NCBI GenBank assembly: GCA_052389995.1
Contig: JBQTHJ010000040.1
Span: 9,491-73,490 of the forward strand
Length of the DNA: 64,000 bases
Reading direction: 5' to 3'
Source: Gemmatimonadaceae bacterium
GTDB lineage: Bacteria; Gemmatimonadota; Gemmatimonadetes; Gemmatimonadales; Gemmatimonadaceae
Part shown: piece by piece, positions 53,677 to 63,598 of the stretch
Numbering within the stretch: position 1 is the stretch's first letter
How the letters are laid out: each line of letters starts with the position of its first letter
Program-made: the position numbers and the translations under genes
The notes under the pieces: generated by a model
Seen by the model: the letters and a program-made list of their open reading frames with translations, nothing else
What the model was told of the DNA's origin: nothing
The model's database searches: none

Positions 53677-54411
53677 GTGAACGGATTTCTGCTGTTCGCT
53701 CTCACCGCCGCTATCGTGCTCACGCTGCCGGGGCGTCTCGCCGCTCAGGTCAGGCACTACCCGCTGGAGTCTGCAAGCGGACTCAGCCTGCACAACGTTG
53801 TTGCCCAGGCAGGCGTGCTCGACGGAAAGAAGGGCGTGCGGGTGACGACGCCCGACTCAGTGACTCGTCGAGTCCAGGCCATGACGCCCGAGCAACAAGG
53901 AATGTTCGAGCAGCTCGCCGTGATCGAGGCTCTCGAGTTCACGAACGGCGTCATCGAGGCGGAGATTGCCGGCGCTCCCGCGCCCGGAGCTGCTCAGGGG
54001 GCGCGCGGGTTCGTCGGGATCGCGTTCCGTCTTGGGAGCGACATGCGGACCTACGACGCGTTCTACCTTCGCCCCACGAATGGCCGTGCCGAGGATCAGG
54101 AACGTCGGAACCATGCCGCGCAGTACATCGCGCATCCGGACTGGCCGTGGTTCCGCCTGCGCCGGGAGACTCCGTCGAAGTACGAGTCGTACGTCGACCT
54201 CGAGCCGGGCGTCTGGACGAAGATCAGGATCGAGGTGCAGGGCGATCGCGCGCGGCTCTTCGTGCACGATCAGAAGCAGCCGACGCTCATCGTCAACGAC
54301 GTCAAGACTGGTACGTCGGGCAAGGGCTCGATCGCGCTCTGGCTCGGACCCGGGACCATCGCGCACTTTCGTAATCTCACCGTCGACGTGGGACCTGGCG
54401 CCTCCAGGTAG
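53677..54411 (+). CDS. Secreted concanavalin-A-like/LamG jelly-roll protein (DUF1080-like)
   Basis: GTG start preceded by AGGAGG. Signal peptide MNGFLLFALTAAIVLTLPGRLAAQ. GFVGIAFR, IRIEVQGDRARLFV and GSIALWLGPGTIAHFRNLTV have the lectin-fold beta-sandwich pattern. Confidence 0.7.
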   Translation: MNGFLLFALTAAIVLTLPGRLAAQVRHYPLESASGLSLHNVVAQAGVLDGKKGVRVTTPDSVTRRVQAMTPEQQGMFEQLAVIEALEFTNGVIEAEIAGAPAPGAAQGARGFVGIAFRLGSDMRTYDAFYLRPTNGRAEDQERRNHAAQYIAHPDWPWFRLRRETPSKYESYVDLEPGVWTKIRIEVQGDRARLFVHDQKQPTLIVNDVKTGTSGKGSIALWLGPGTIAHFRNLTVDVGPGASR

Positions 54412-54528
54412 GCGCGTGAGGCGACAGCAGCCAGCGGCATCGGTCCGGCGTCGACCAGGGGCTTGGCCACAGGATCGATGCGAACGTTGCAGCCCCTCGC
54501 GCACAGCGTCACGCGGTTTCGAGCGCGT

Positions 54529-54990
54529 CTATTGCCGGCGGTTCGCATTGTCCATGTCGGAGACGATCATCCACCGGCCGTCGGGCCGCTTGCGGAGCGT
54601 GAGCGTGAACTTGCCGATGTCGGGTTTGCCACGCTCGGTCGTATAGCCTCCAATGATGTATCCGACCGAGCCCTCGGCCGCATAAGCGATCGCCCGCAGG
54701 GAGAGTGGTCCACCACCTGCCCCGTAGTGCGCGGCGATCGCCGCACGCCCGCGGATCGCCGGACGCCCGCCTGAGAGCACGTAGCCGTCCTCAGTGAAGA
54801 GCTGCGAGACGTCGGCGCCGCTCTTGCCCCACGCGACCTCGTAGTCGGTGAGCACGCGCGCGAGCTCGGGCGGAAGGTCGACGCTCGGCAGCTGCGCCGG
54901 GGCGCTGGCGTCAGCCTGTTGCTGGGCGCCAAGTGGGAAGGTCAATGTCGCGCTCAAGAGCAGAGCGGAGAGGACGTGCGAAATCTTCAC
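54529..54990 (-). CDS. Secreted SnoaL-like/DUF4440 (NTF2-fold) protein
   Basis: The GTG at 54990 has GGAGA 7 nt upstream. Signal peptide VKISHVLSALLLSATLTFPLGAQ. The C-terminal GKFTLTLRKRPDGRWMIVSDM is typical of DUF4440. Confidence 0.75.
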   Translation of the reverse strand: MKISHVLSALLLSATLTFPLGAQQQADASAPAQLPSVDLPPELARVLTDYEVAWGKSGADVSQLFTEDGYVLSGGRPAIRGRAAIAAHYGAGGGPLSLRAIAYAAEGSVGYIIGGYTTERGKPDIGKFTLTLRKRPDGRWMIVSDMDNANRRQ

Positions 54991-55071
54991 GGGGTATCTC
55001 CGGCGGTGAGGTGTAGGCCCATTATGTGGGCCGCGCTCTGGTCCCATCAAGACACGGCCCTATAGTTCGGC

Positions 55072-55860
55072 ATGCAGAGGGTCCCCTCTCCGACGGAGCT
55101 CGTCGAGCAACTCCGCGCACTTGGCGTCGAGCCCGGCGACGTCCTTCTCGTCCATTCCTCCTATCGCGCCGTGAGGCCGGTCGAACGCGGCCCGCAAGGC
55201 GTCGTCGATGCGCTAATCAGCGCCGTGGGGCCCGAAGGCACGCTCGTCATGCCATCATGGCCCGGTGACGACGAGAACCCATTCGACCCGCAGGCGCCGG
55301 CGGCGAAGGATCTGGGCGTCATCGCCGACACGTTCTGGCGGCAGCCGGGGGCGATTCGCAGCAATCATCCCTTCACCTTCGCTGCGCTCGGGCCGGCGGC
55401 CGAGCGCATAACGAGCGACCCGTTGCCGATGCCGCCGCATCGGCTCGAGAGCCCCGTCGGTCGCGTGGGGGAGCTCGATGGCAAGATCCTGCTGTTGGGC
55501 GCAGGGCACGACGGGAACACCACGATTCACCTGGCCGAGGTGACGGGTGGCGTTCCGTATGGTGTGGCGAAGCACGTCACGCACGTGCAGGACGGTCGGC
55601 GCGTGCGCATCGAGTATCTCGAGAATGACCACTGCTGTCAGCGGTTCACGCTCGCCGACGAGTGGATGCGGAAGCGCGGGCTTCAGCGCGAGGGAACCAT
55701 CGGGAACGCGCACGCGCGGCTCATGCGTTCGCGCGATCTTGTCGACGTCGTGGTCGAGCAGCTGCGCCGGGACCCGGTGATCTTTCTGCACCCGCGTGGA
55801 TCAGGGTGTGAAGAGTGTGAAGAGGCCTGGAGGAGTATCGGCGCGGAGGCCGCTCGTTAG
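55072..55860 (+). CDS. Aminoglycoside N(3)-acetyltransferase (AAC(3)) family protein
   Basis: [45 protein letters not shown] and [17 protein letters not shown] match the AAC(3) fold motifs. Confidence 0.85.
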   Translation: MQRVPSPTELVEQLRALGVEPGDVLLVHSSYRAVRPVERGPQGVVDALISAVGPEGTLVMPSWPGDDENPFDPQAPAAKDLGVIADTFWRQPGAIRSNHPFTFAALGPAAERITSDPLPMPPHRLESPVGRVGELDGKILLLGAGHDGNTTIHLAEVTGGVPYGVAKHVTHVQDGRRVRIEYLENDHCCQRFTLADEWMRKRGLQREGTIGNAHARLMRSRDLVDVVVEQLRRDPVIFLHPRGSGCEECEEAWRSIGAEAAR

Positions 55861-56052
55861 GGAGACTGGCCGGCGCGAAGGAGCACCGCCACCTCGGTGG
55901 AGCTCGAGATTCCGCGCTCTGGGGCGCGAGGGATGATGCTCACGGTCCCTTCGGCAACGCCTCGCACGATGCCGGTCGTCGTAACGCTCGCAGGGCTCGC
56001 CAGTTGCACATTGTGCCGCGTTACACCGTCCCGATCGCAAGGAGCTTCACAC

Positions 56053-56420
56053 ATGCTTCGCTGCTCGATCGCTCTCGCGGCCGCGCTGGTCATCGGCTCG
56101 CCAATCGCCGCTCAAACTGACTCCTCAACCAGCTGGCCGGTCGGATCGCGCGTGCGTGTCTGGACGGGCCCGAATAAGAACGTCGTCGGCAAGCTCACGG
56201 AGATGCGCGGCGACACGCTCATCATCCGTGGGGGCGACGGCCTTGCAGCGAGCGCGAAACGAACTATCCGAGAGCGGCTCTCATCGGCGCTGTGGGCGGA
56301 GCGGTGGCGGGAACCGTCAGCCTCGTCGACCGGTGGGAGGACACGGACAAGCCGATGCGGATCAAGCTCGACACCGACGCGCGAGGGGCACGACTCGTCG
56401 TCTCGTTCAGGTTCCGGTAA
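56053..56420 (+). pseudogene. Small secreted / glycine-zipper protein with an apparent -1 frameshift
   Basis: Frame 1: MLRCSIALAAALVIGSPIAAQ...GSRVRVWTGPNKNVVGKLTEMRGDTLIIRGG, then junk. Frame 0, from about 56271: AALIGAVGGAVAGTVSLVDRWEDTDKPMRIKLDTDARGARLVVSFRFR*. The break is near 56250..56275. Confidence 0.45.
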
Positions 56421-56444
56421 CTCGTTCTGCGGTCGACGCTCGGC

Positions 56445-56639
56445 GTGTTGACGTTTTGTTTAGCCACCGGGATGCGCATCAATGCGGATGACGGCTGGCT
56501 GGGTAATGGGATTCTGGAGCACTTCACGCTGACGTTCGATACGCGCAACCACTGCGTCCGTCTCGTATCGACGTCCGACGCCGTCCGCGGCACGAAGTCG
56601 TCGATCAGAAGCCCATTGCCTGGGCCGCCGCCACGATGA
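56445..56639 (+). pseudogene. Possible C-terminal fragment of a retropepsin-like aspartyl protease
   Basis: GMRINADDGWLGNGILEHFTLTFDTRNHCVRLV resembles the C-terminal (LG.d.L..f.v.iD....v.L) end of bacterial clan-AA aspartic proteases. No catalytic DTG region is present. It is in the same frame as the preceding fragment, separated by a TAA. Confidence 0.3.
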
Positions 56640-57225
56640 GGTTCGCCGCTCCGTCGATGCCCAGCCACTCGGTGTTGACGGTCAGGTGGTAGTTGTCGTG
56701 CGATTTCCATGAGCGATTGAACGTGGTGCGCACGTACTGGTCGCGCTGCTTGTTGATCTCGTCCACGATCTTCTCTGCCTCCGCGACGGGTACGCGCCGC
56801 CGCTCGGCCACACGGCGCGCGAGCGCCTCACGAGGCGCGTAGCAGAAGACGTGAAGCACACCAGCGCGGCGCGCGAGCACCGATTGCGCGCCGCGTCCCA
56901 CGAGAACGGCGTGTCCGCGCGCGACCGCTTCCTCGATGATGCGACGCGTGACGTCGGCCATGCGCTCCGCGCTCGGCGGCACCTGCTCCGTTGGTGGCGG
57001 CAGAATCTCGGGGGACGCAACCGCCAGCGCAGAAGCGAGCCGCTCGACGAGCGAGGGCGTGCGCTCCTCGCGCGCCTGCACCTCCGAGACGGGGATGCCG
57101 AGTCGCTCGGCGACCGCATCGACGAACGCGTTGTCGAGAAGCGACCAGCCGAGCAGCTGAGCGACGCGCGCGGCGACGTCGGAGCCGCCGGAGCCGTACA
57201 TGCGCGAGATGGTGATGATCGCCAT
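56605..57225 (-). CDS. Cytidylate kinase-like family protein
   Basis: The ATG at 57225 gives MAIITISRMYGSGGSDVAARVAQLLGW, the P-loop variant of the Cytidylate_kin2 family. Confidence 0.85.
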   Translation of the reverse strand: MAIITISRMYGSGGSDVAARVAQLLGWSLLDNAFVDAVAERLGIPVSEVQAREERTPSLVERLASALAVASPEILPPPTEQVPPSAERMADVTRRIIEEAVARGHAVLVGRGAQSVLARRAGVLHVFCYAPREALARRVAERRRVPVAEAEKIVDEINKQRDQYVRTTFNRSWKSHDNYHLTVNTEWLGIDGAANLIVAAAQAMGF

Positions 57226-57233
57226 CGCCGTGA

Positions 57234-57728
57234 TCAGAGCGGACGAAGCCGGATCTGCTCCACCACCTCGAAGCCCAGCGCGGCCCATGCGGCGCGCGCC
57301 AGCGGATTGTCGATCGCGTTCTGAAGACGCATCTCGGCGAGTCCGCGCGAGCGGCTCCACGCGATCGCCGCATCGAGCAGTGAGCGCAGCACGCCCTGCC
57401 GTCTCACCGATGGGTCGACGTAGACGGTCGAGATGAGCGCATAGCGTGCCGGTCGAAGCAGGCGGTGCCCGCGCTGATCGATGCAGCGGAGCACACCGAC
57501 GGTCGCCTCATCGTGCTCGGCGACGAACATCACCTGACCGTCCGAGGAGAGCTGCTCCTCCGTGAGCTTCAGGGAGCGCGCCGGCGCGTCGCGGCGAAGG
57601 CGAGAGTAGATCGCGTTGGTGCCGTGCTCCCCGAGAAGGGCCAGCCGCAGCTCGGCGATGCGCGGCGCGTCCGCCAGAGTCGCCTGACGGACGCGAACGC
57701 GCGATCGAGTCGATGCGGCGTGCGGCAC
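57234..57728 (-). CDS. GNAT-family N-acetyltransferase
   Basis: VRVRQATLADAPRIAEL and the acetyl-CoA motif VDPSVRRQGVLRSLLDAAIAW (Q/RxxGxG/A-like). The start abuts the upstream stop. Confidence 0.85.
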   Translation of the reverse strand: MPHAASTRSRVRVRQATLADAPRIAELRLALLGEHGTNAIYSRLRRDAPARSLKLTEEQLSSDGQVMFVAEHDEATVGVLRCIDQRGHRLLRPARYALISTVYVDPSVRRQGVLRSLLDAAIAWSRSRGLAEMRLQNAIDNPLARAAWAALGFEVVEQIRLRPL

Positions 57729-59198
57729 CTAGGCGGTCATGCCGCCGCCGAAGAGATCGTTCGGCCGGCGGCGCTCCGGCGGCTGCGCACGACCGTACCG
57801 TCCGGCATCGGAGCGCGAGATCTTGCGACGCCCGACGAGCGCCTCGAGCACGAGCTCGCATGCGGCGACGCTCGTCTCCGTGTCGCTCTCGACCGCGAGT
57901 CCCACCGTGCGCACGAGATCGAGCAACGTCGGCACATCCTCGAACGCCGCGAGCAGCGGCTCGCTCGGTGCATCGTCTGGCACCTCGAGTGCGTTGCCGG
58001 TGTCGAACCACATTACGATCTCGTCGGTGTCGGAACCGCCGGCGCGCGCCTGGAACGTCGCGTCGGCCGCGCGACGGATGAGCTCGCGCGCGATCACCTG
58101 ACCGCCAATGAGCTCGCCCTCGTACTCGAGTTCGATCTTTCCGGTGATGGCTGGAAGCGCGGCGTAGATGTCGGAGACGCGAGGGACAACGACGCACTCG
58201 TGGCGCTCGACGGCGCGCCGCTCCGCGTTCGAGACGACGCTCTCGAGCACGGTGATCGGCATGCGCTGCGACACGCCCGACCGCTTGTCGACGCGCTTGT
58301 CGCCGCGCGCCTCGAACGCGACGCGCTCGACGACTTCGGCGATGAATTCGGGCACGCGGACGGGAAGGGAGCCGCGGTCGGTCCAGGCTTCCTGCTGCGT
58401 GATGGCCATGCCAGTCTCGACGGCCTCGGGATAGTGCGTCGAGATCTCGCTCCCGATGCGATCCTTGAGCGGTGTGATGATCTTGCCGCGCGCGGTGTAA
58501 TCCTCGGGGTTCGCCGTGAAGCAGAGGAGCACATCGAGCGGGATGCGAATCGGGTAGCCTTTGATCTGAACGTCGCCTTCCTGCATGACGTTGAACAATC
58601 CCACCTGAATCTTTCCGGCGAGATCCGGGAGCTCGTTGAGTGCGAAGATGCCGCGATTGGCGCGCGGCAGCATCCCGTAATGAATCGTGAGCTCATCGGA
58701 CAGCACGTGTCCGCCGCGCGCCGCCTTGATGGGATCGACGTCGCCGATGATGTCGGCGATGGTGACGTCCGGCGTCGCGAGCTTTTCGACGTAGCGCTGC
58801 TCCCGTCCGATCCACGCGATGGGCGTGTCGTCGCCCGCTTCCTCGGTGAGCTGATGCGCCTGCTTCGAGATGGGCGAGAAGGGGTCGTCGTTCACCTCGC
58901 TCCCGGCGATGATGGGCAGTGCGTCGTCGAGGAGCGTGACGAGCGCGCGAAGAATGCGCGACTTCGCCTGCCCGCGAAGACCGAGGAGGATGAAATTGTG
59001 CTTGGCGAGGATGGCGTTGACGAGTTGCGGAAGAACCGTCTCCTCGTACCCAATGACGCCTTCGAACAGCTGCCCACCGCGGGCGAGCCGTTCGAGGAGA
59101 TTTTCGCGAAGCTCGTCCTTGACCTTGCGCTTCGCGCGCGCGGCATAGGGCGAGCGCTTGAGGGCGCCTAGCGTGGTTGGGTGCTGCTTGCTCGACAA
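57729..59198 (-). CDS. ChlI/MoxR-like AAA+ ATPase (often annotated sigma54-interaction-domain protein)
   Basis: [42 protein letters not shown], Walker B-like [11 protein letters not shown] and [12 protein letters not shown]. Start set at TTG 59198 (GGAG 7 nt upstream, [14 protein letters not shown]). The track ORF extends to 59309 into the neighbouring repeat array. Confidence 0.8.
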   Translation of the reverse strand: MSSKQHPTTLGALKRSPYAARAKRKVKDELRENLLERLARGGQLFEGVIGYEETVLPQLVNAILAKHNFILLGLRGQAKSRILRALVTLLDDALPIIAGSEVNDDPFSPISKQAHQLTEEAGDDTPIAWIGREQRYVEKLATPDVTIADIIGDVDPIKAARGGHVLSDELTIHYGMLPRANRGIFALNELPDLAGKIQVGLFNVMQEGDVQIKGYPIRIPLDVLLCFTANPEDYTARGKIITPLKDRIGSEISTHYPEAVETGMAITQQEAWTDRGSLPVRVPEFIAEVVERVAFEARGDKRVDKRSGVSQRMPITVLESVVSNAERRAVERHECVVVPRVSDIYAALPAITGKIELEYEGELIGGQVIARELIRRAADATFQARAGGSDTDEIVMWFDTGNALEVPDDAPSEPLLAAFEDVPTLLDLVRTVGLAVESDTETSVAACELVLEALVGRRKISRSDAGRYGRAQPPERRRPNDLFGGGMTA

Positions 59199-59270
59199 CT
59201 GGCTGCTCCGGCTGAGTTGTTTCTTCAGGATGACTAGCCGTGCGTCATCGCGCCAGGGCCCTTGGGTGAC

Positions 59271-59297
59271 CACGGACTGACACGGACGCTCACGGAC
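59271..59297. repeat. Triple CACGGAC decamer array (left boundary of GxxExxY cassette)
   Basis: CACGGACtga CACGGACgct CACGGACtgg, with the core at 59271, 59281 and 59291 (10-nt phase). Confidence 0.7.
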
Positions 59298-59305
59298 TGG
59301 GCCAC

Positions 59306-59731
59306 TCAAGGATCGCGTCGGAGCGCCTTTCGATCGTTCGTGTAAATAAGGCGGCGGAAGTCTGCTTCGGGACCGAAGTTGAGGAGCATTCCGACTTCGA
59401 TCGGGGAGGAACGCAGGTAATTGAGAAGCTGCGCTTCGTGACCGCGGTCAATCGCCTGCGCGACCTTGACCTCAACGATTACGCAATCGGCTACGAGCAA
59501 ATCCGCTTTGAACGAGCCTACCCGAGCTCCGTGAAAAAACGCCTCGAGCGGCGCCTCTCGAAGGTTGGGAACACCACGCTCGTCCAACGCAACAGAAAGA
59601 GCGTTGCGATAGACGGATTCGAGGAATCCTCGGCCAAGCTCGCGATGGACATCGAAGAATGCACCAATGATGTCCTTGGTTGTGGCTCTTCGGAGAATGG
59701 CGCTGGTCGAGCGGGCCGAGTCCGTGTCCAT
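59306..59731 (-). CDS. GxxExxY protein (PDDEXK_3 nuclease-fold family)
   Basis: Start at ATG 59731. [25 protein letters not shown] contains the GxxExxY signature. D..VIVEVK and EAQLLNYL match the PD-(D/E)xK core of this family. Confidence 0.85.
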   Translation of the reverse strand: MDTDSARSTSAILRRATTKDIIGAFFDVHRELGRGFLESVYRNALSVALDERGVPNLREAPLEAFFHGARVGSFKADLLVADCVIVEVKVAQAIDRGHEAQLLNYLRSSPIEVGMLLNFGPEADFRRLIYTNDRKALRRDP

Positions 59732-59747
59732 TCCGTGTAAGTCCGTG
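59720..59747. repeat. Triple GTCCGTG array (right boundary, inverted relative to 59271..59297)
   Basis: GTCCGTGtcca TTCCGTGtaa GTCCGTG at 59720, 59731 and 59741. It is the reverse complement of the CACGGA(C/A) units and overlaps the start codon of the GxxExxY gene. Confidence 0.7.
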
Positions 59748-59789
59748 GTAGGCCGTTCGGCCCGCCACATCGGACTCTAGCGGTCGCCA

Positions 59790-61877
59790 TCAATCCGCCG
59801 CAATCACCTCCACCAGGTTGTCGTAGAACACGGGGCCATGCCCCATGTCCGTCTCGAGCTGTGAGGTGGTCGCGTTCGCGTTCTGGCCGTCGGCGGCGAA
59901 CTTCGCCCACCAGATCGACGGCGCCCAGACCACGCTCTCGCGCACGGAGTCGTCGACGCGGGCCACGGCCGTGAATTCGCCACGGTCGTTACGCACGACG
60001 ACGCGCATGCCGGTCGAGATCGCGCGCGGCTCGGCGTCGCGCGGATGGATCATGAGCTCCGGCTCGCGCGCGGCTCGGCGCAGCGCGCCGATGTTCACGA
60101 AGGTCGAGTTCAGGAACTGGTGCGCCGGGGACGAGATCAGCGTCAGCGGGAAGCGCCTCGCCAGCGCGGGCACCTCTTCCGGGAACTCGTACGGCGCGGT
60201 GAATGACGGCAGCGGGTCGAGTCCCATCCCCTTCATCGTCTCGGAATAGAGCTCACACTTCCCGCTCGGCGTCAGGAACTTGCCCTCCGCGAACGGGAGA
60301 TAAGGCTTCGGCACGTTGAGACGCATCCAGCCGCGCCCGAGCAGCTCGTCGACCGTCACGCCTCGCATCTTCTCGGCCTTCCACGCACCCGGCGTTGCGC
60401 CTTCGATCGCCTGGTGGATGAGCGTGAGGTCATCGTCCTTCAGCACGGGGTTATCGAGCCCCATGCGCGCCGCGATCAGCCGGAAGATCTCGGAGTTCGG
60501 CTTCGCCTCGCCGAGCGGCTCGATCGAGGGCCGATTGAGCGTGACGTAGTGGTGGCCGTACGCGAAGTGGATGTCCCAGTGCTCGAGCTGCGTCGTCGCC
60601 GGCAGGACGAGGTCCGCCCAGTCCGCCGTGTCGGTCTGGAAGTGATCGAGCACGACCGTGAAGAGATCCTCGCGCGCGAGCCCACGCATGACGACGTTCC
60701 GCTCGGGCGCGACGGCGGCGGGATTCGAGTTGTACACGATCATCGCCCGGACGGGCGGCCCACCGACGCCCGCGTTAGGCTGCGTCAGCGCCTCGCCGAG
60801 TCGGATCATGTTGATCGTGCGCACCGGTGGCGACAGGTCGGGGCGCTCGAGCGTGTGCGTGTCGAACTGGAAGTTCGCGCTCGTCGAAAGCTGGACGCCG
60901 CCGCCCGCACGCCGCCAATGACCGGTGATCGCGGGAAGACAGGCGATCGTGCGCACGGCCATGCCGCCGCCCTTGTGGCGCTGGAGTCCGTAGTTCACGC
61001 GAATGAACGCCGCCTTCGCACGGCCGTATTGGCGCCCGAGCTCGACGATGCGCGACTCCGGGATCCCCGTGATCGACGCGACGCGGGACGGCGCATACTC
61101 CTGCACGCGCTCGCGCAACTGGCCGTGGCCGAGCGTGTAGCGCTCGAGAAAGTCGCGATCCTCGAGCCCTTCGGCCAAGACCACGTGCATCATGCCGAGG
61201 GCGAGCGCGGCGTCGGTTCCGGGGCGTATCGCGATCCACTCGTCGCACTGCGCCGCCGTGCGCGTCCGCAGCGGATCGATCGCGATGACGCGCGCGCCGT
61301 TCTCGCGCGCTCTGAGCACGAACGGCCACAGGTGGGGATTCGACGTCAGCGTGTTCGTCCCCCACAGCAGCACGAGATCGCTCTCGGGCATCCCCTCGGC
61401 GTCGGCGCCGATGTTGGCGCCCACCGTCATCTTCATTCCCATCGAGCCCGCGACGGAGCAGATCGTGCGATCGAGCTTCGAGGCGCCGAGGACGTGGAAG
61501 AAGCGGCGGTCCATCGACTGGCTCTGCACGTAACCCATCGTCCCGGCGTACGAGTAGGGGAGAATCGCCTGCGGACCATCGGCGGAGCGCGCGACGCTCG
61601 TCAGGCGGCTCGCGATCTCGTCCAGCGCGTCATCCCACGAGATGGACTCGAAGCGTCCTTCGCCTTTGCGTCCAATGCGGCGCATTGGGCGGAGCAGACG
61701 CTCGGGGTGATACGTCCGCTCGACGTACCGGTTGACCTTCGTGCACAGGAATCCCTGCGTGAAGGGATGCTCGGGGTCGCCAGCGACTCTCGTGGCGCGG
61801 CCGTCCTCGACCGTCACCAGCATCGCGCAGGTGTCGGGGCAGTCGTGAGGGCAGGCTCCTCGGACTACTGTCGCCAT
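59790..61877 (-). CDS. Molybdopterin (bis-MGD) oxidoreductase family protein
   Basis: N-terminal 4Fe-4S motif CPHDCPDTCAMLV...C. Molybdopterin-binding domains. C-terminal molydop_binding barrel (IHPRDAEPRAISTGMRVVVRNDRGEF). Confidence 0.9.
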   Translation of the reverse strand: MATVVRGACPHDCPDTCAMLVTVEDGRATRVAGDPEHPFTQGFLCTKVNRYVERTYHPERLLRPMRRIGRKGEGRFESISWDDALDEIASRLTSVARSADGPQAILPYSYAGTMGYVQSQSMDRRFFHVLGASKLDRTICSVAGSMGMKMTVGANIGADAEGMPESDLVLLWGTNTLTSNPHLWPFVLRARENGARVIAIDPLRTRTAAQCDEWIAIRPGTDAALALGMMHVVLAEGLEDRDFLERYTLGHGQLRERVQEYAPSRVASITGIPESRIVELGRQYGRAKAAFIRVNYGLQRHKGGGMAVRTIACLPAITGHWRRAGGGVQLSTSANFQFDTHTLERPDLSPPVRTINMIRLGEALTQPNAGVGGPPVRAMIVYNSNPAAVAPERNVVMRGLAREDLFTVVLDHFQTDTADWADLVLPATTQLEHWDIHFAYGHHYVTLNRPSIEPLGEAKPNSEIFRLIAARMGLDNPVLKDDDLTLIHQAIEGATPGAWKAEKMRGVTVDELLGRGWMRLNVPKPYLPFAEGKFLTPSGKCELYSETMKGMGLDPLPSFTAPYEFPEEVPALARRFPLTLISSPAHQFLNSTFVNIGALRRAAREPELMIHPRDAEPRAISTGMRVVVRNDRGEFTAVARVDDSVRESVVWAPSIWWAKFAADGQNANATTSQLETDMGHGPVFYDNLVEVIAAD

Positions 61878-61948
61878 AGCGTCAAAGATAGCGTCGACAC
61901 CTGGAGGGGTCAGGACTCAGACGTCTGACGTCTTCGGGTGGTGCCCCA

Positions 61949-63427
61949 TCAATCTCGAGGGGGCGGGAGGAGCTTCCGCGCGATCTCAGCTCCGTTGTCC
62001 ATTCCTTGAGCGCCAAGCAGGGCAATCAGGTCGCCGCGGAGAGCGCCCTCCACGGCGCGCTCAACCGCGCGCTGGAGCGTCGGCTCGTAGACGTGCGGGA
62101 CGTTCCGCGCCTCGAGCGTTCTGAGCACCGCGTCGCGCTCTTCGTCGCCTACGCGGTCGCGCTCACTCGCGTGATCTTCGCTCGCCGTCACGATCAGCGT
62201 CGCGACCATCGAGCCCACTTCCCGTGCGAGCGCCTCGGCGTTCCGCTCGTTCACCTCGGGGCCGCGCGAGCCTCGAATCGCGTAGGCGACGCGCAGATTG
62301 TGGTGCGGAATGGCGCGAATGGCCTCGAACACCGCGCGAATGCTCTCCGGATTCCCGACCGTGTCGTCGAGCAGCACCGGTCCATCCTCGTAGAGAATGT
62401 GCATGCGACGATGCATCGGCTCCACGCCGGCAAGCGCATACGCGATCGTCGGCGACGGGACGCCGGCGATGAGCGCAGCGGTCGCGGCGAGCGCGGCGTT
62501 CGCGACCTGCTGACGTCCGAGAATCGGGAGGGCGAGCGGAATCGTCTGCGGCGGGACCTCTCCGCCATCGAGCAGCGGCAAGTCACGTCTCACGTGCAGC
62601 GCGAACGTCGATCCGTCGGCATCCATGCGCACGCGCTCCGCGTGGACCGCGGCCGTCGCACGCGACCTCAGCGACACGCCAATGACGGGGCGATCGAGTC
62701 CCGCGCTCACCTCGCGCGCGGTCGGATCGTCGTCGTTGACGACGAGCGGCGCGCCGGGCTTGAGCATGCTGAAGAAGCGCGTCTTCGTGCGGACGTAATG
62801 TTCCGGCGTCGGGTGAAACTCGAGGTGCTCGTACGGCACGATGTTCGTGAGGAGCCCGAGATCGTATTCGAGTCGCGCGACGCGCTTGAGCAGGATGGAG
62901 TGCGACGTCACCTCCATCACGGCGGCGCCCGCGCCTTGCGCGGTGAAGTAGCGCAGCGAGCTGTGAATCGCCGGCGCTTCGGGTGTCGTCATCCCGGTCT
63001 CGACGACGTGTCCCTCGAAACGAATGCCGAGTGAGCCGATGACGCCGACCTTTTCGCCGGCGGCGCCGACTATGGTTTCGAGCAGGAGCGCGGTGGACGT
63101 CTTTCCGAGGGAGCCGGTGATTCCGATCATCCGCAGCTCGCGTGCGGGGTGCCCGTGGAATTCACTCGCGAGCGTGGCGAGCGCGTCGCGCGGATCCTCT
63201 ACGACGATGGATGGAACACCGTCCCACGGGCGCGTCGCGCACACGGCGACGGCTCCGCGCTGAAGCGCGTCGGGGATGAAGCGCGTGCCGTCCGTATTCG
63301 CTCCCGGAATCGCGACAAAGAGTTGGCCCGGTTGAACTTGGCGCGAGTCGAGGGAAATGCCGGTGACCTCCCGATCATCCCCCGAAACCGGCACTCCAAT
63401 GGCGCGAGCCAGAGCGCTCAGCCGCAC
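61949..63427 (-). CDS. Mur ligase family protein, MurE-like
   Basis: DSRQVQPGQLFVAIPGANTDGTRFIPDALQRGAVAV and P-loop IGITGSLGKTST are present. The usual MurE DNPR motif is not evident (TASEDHASE), and the gene is not in a dcw-type context. Confidence 0.8.
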   Translation of the reverse strand: MRLSALARAIGVPVSGDDREVTGISLDSRQVQPGQLFVAIPGANTDGTRFIPDALQRGAVAVCATRPWDGVPSIVVEDPRDALATLASEFHGHPARELRMIGITGSLGKTSTALLLETIVGAAGEKVGVIGSLGIRFEGHVVETGMTTPEAPAIHSSLRYFTAQGAGAAVMEVTSHSILLKRVARLEYDLGLLTNIVPYEHLEFHPTPEHYVRTKTRFFSMLKPGAPLVVNDDDPTAREVSAGLDRPVIGVSLRSRATAAVHAERVRMDADGSTFALHVRRDLPLLDGGEVPPQTIPLALPILGRQQVANAALAATAALIAGVPSPTIAYALAGVEPMHRRMHILYEDGPVLLDDTVGNPESIRAVFEAIRAIPHHNLRVAYAIRGSRGPEVNERNAEALAREVGSMVATLIVTASEDHASERDRVGDEERDAVLRTLEARNVPHVYEPTLQRAVERAVEGALRGDLIALLGAQGMDNGAEIARKLLPPPRD

Positions 63428-63490
63428 GACACACCTCGTCGCGTCTCCGAAATCCTTGCGTTTCTTGCGCTTCGGAACGCTCGTCCGCTC

Positions 63491-63518
63491 TTGACACTAT
63501 GGCCGGGTGCCGTAAAAT
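63491..63518 (+). promoter_or_regulatory. Near-consensus sigma70-type promoter for the small lipoprotein gene
   Basis: TTGACA (63491..63496), 16-nt spacer, TAAAAT (63513..63518), about 80 nt upstream of the ATG at 63599. Confidence 0.5.
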
Positions 63519-63598
63519 ACTTGCCGCTCGCTCCGAGCATCGCGATGCGCGGGGCCGACGAACAACGTGCCTTCTCGCCCCCCACAAGGAGAACGTAA

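Noticed and set aside
57729-59309. The full 526-aa ATPase ORF starting at TTG 59309.
   Set aside because: Its first roughly 37 codons are encoded by the CACGGAC repeat array and the 3' end of the GxxExxY gene. The TTG at 59198, with GGAG upstream, gives an N-terminus beginning just before the conserved TLGALK region.
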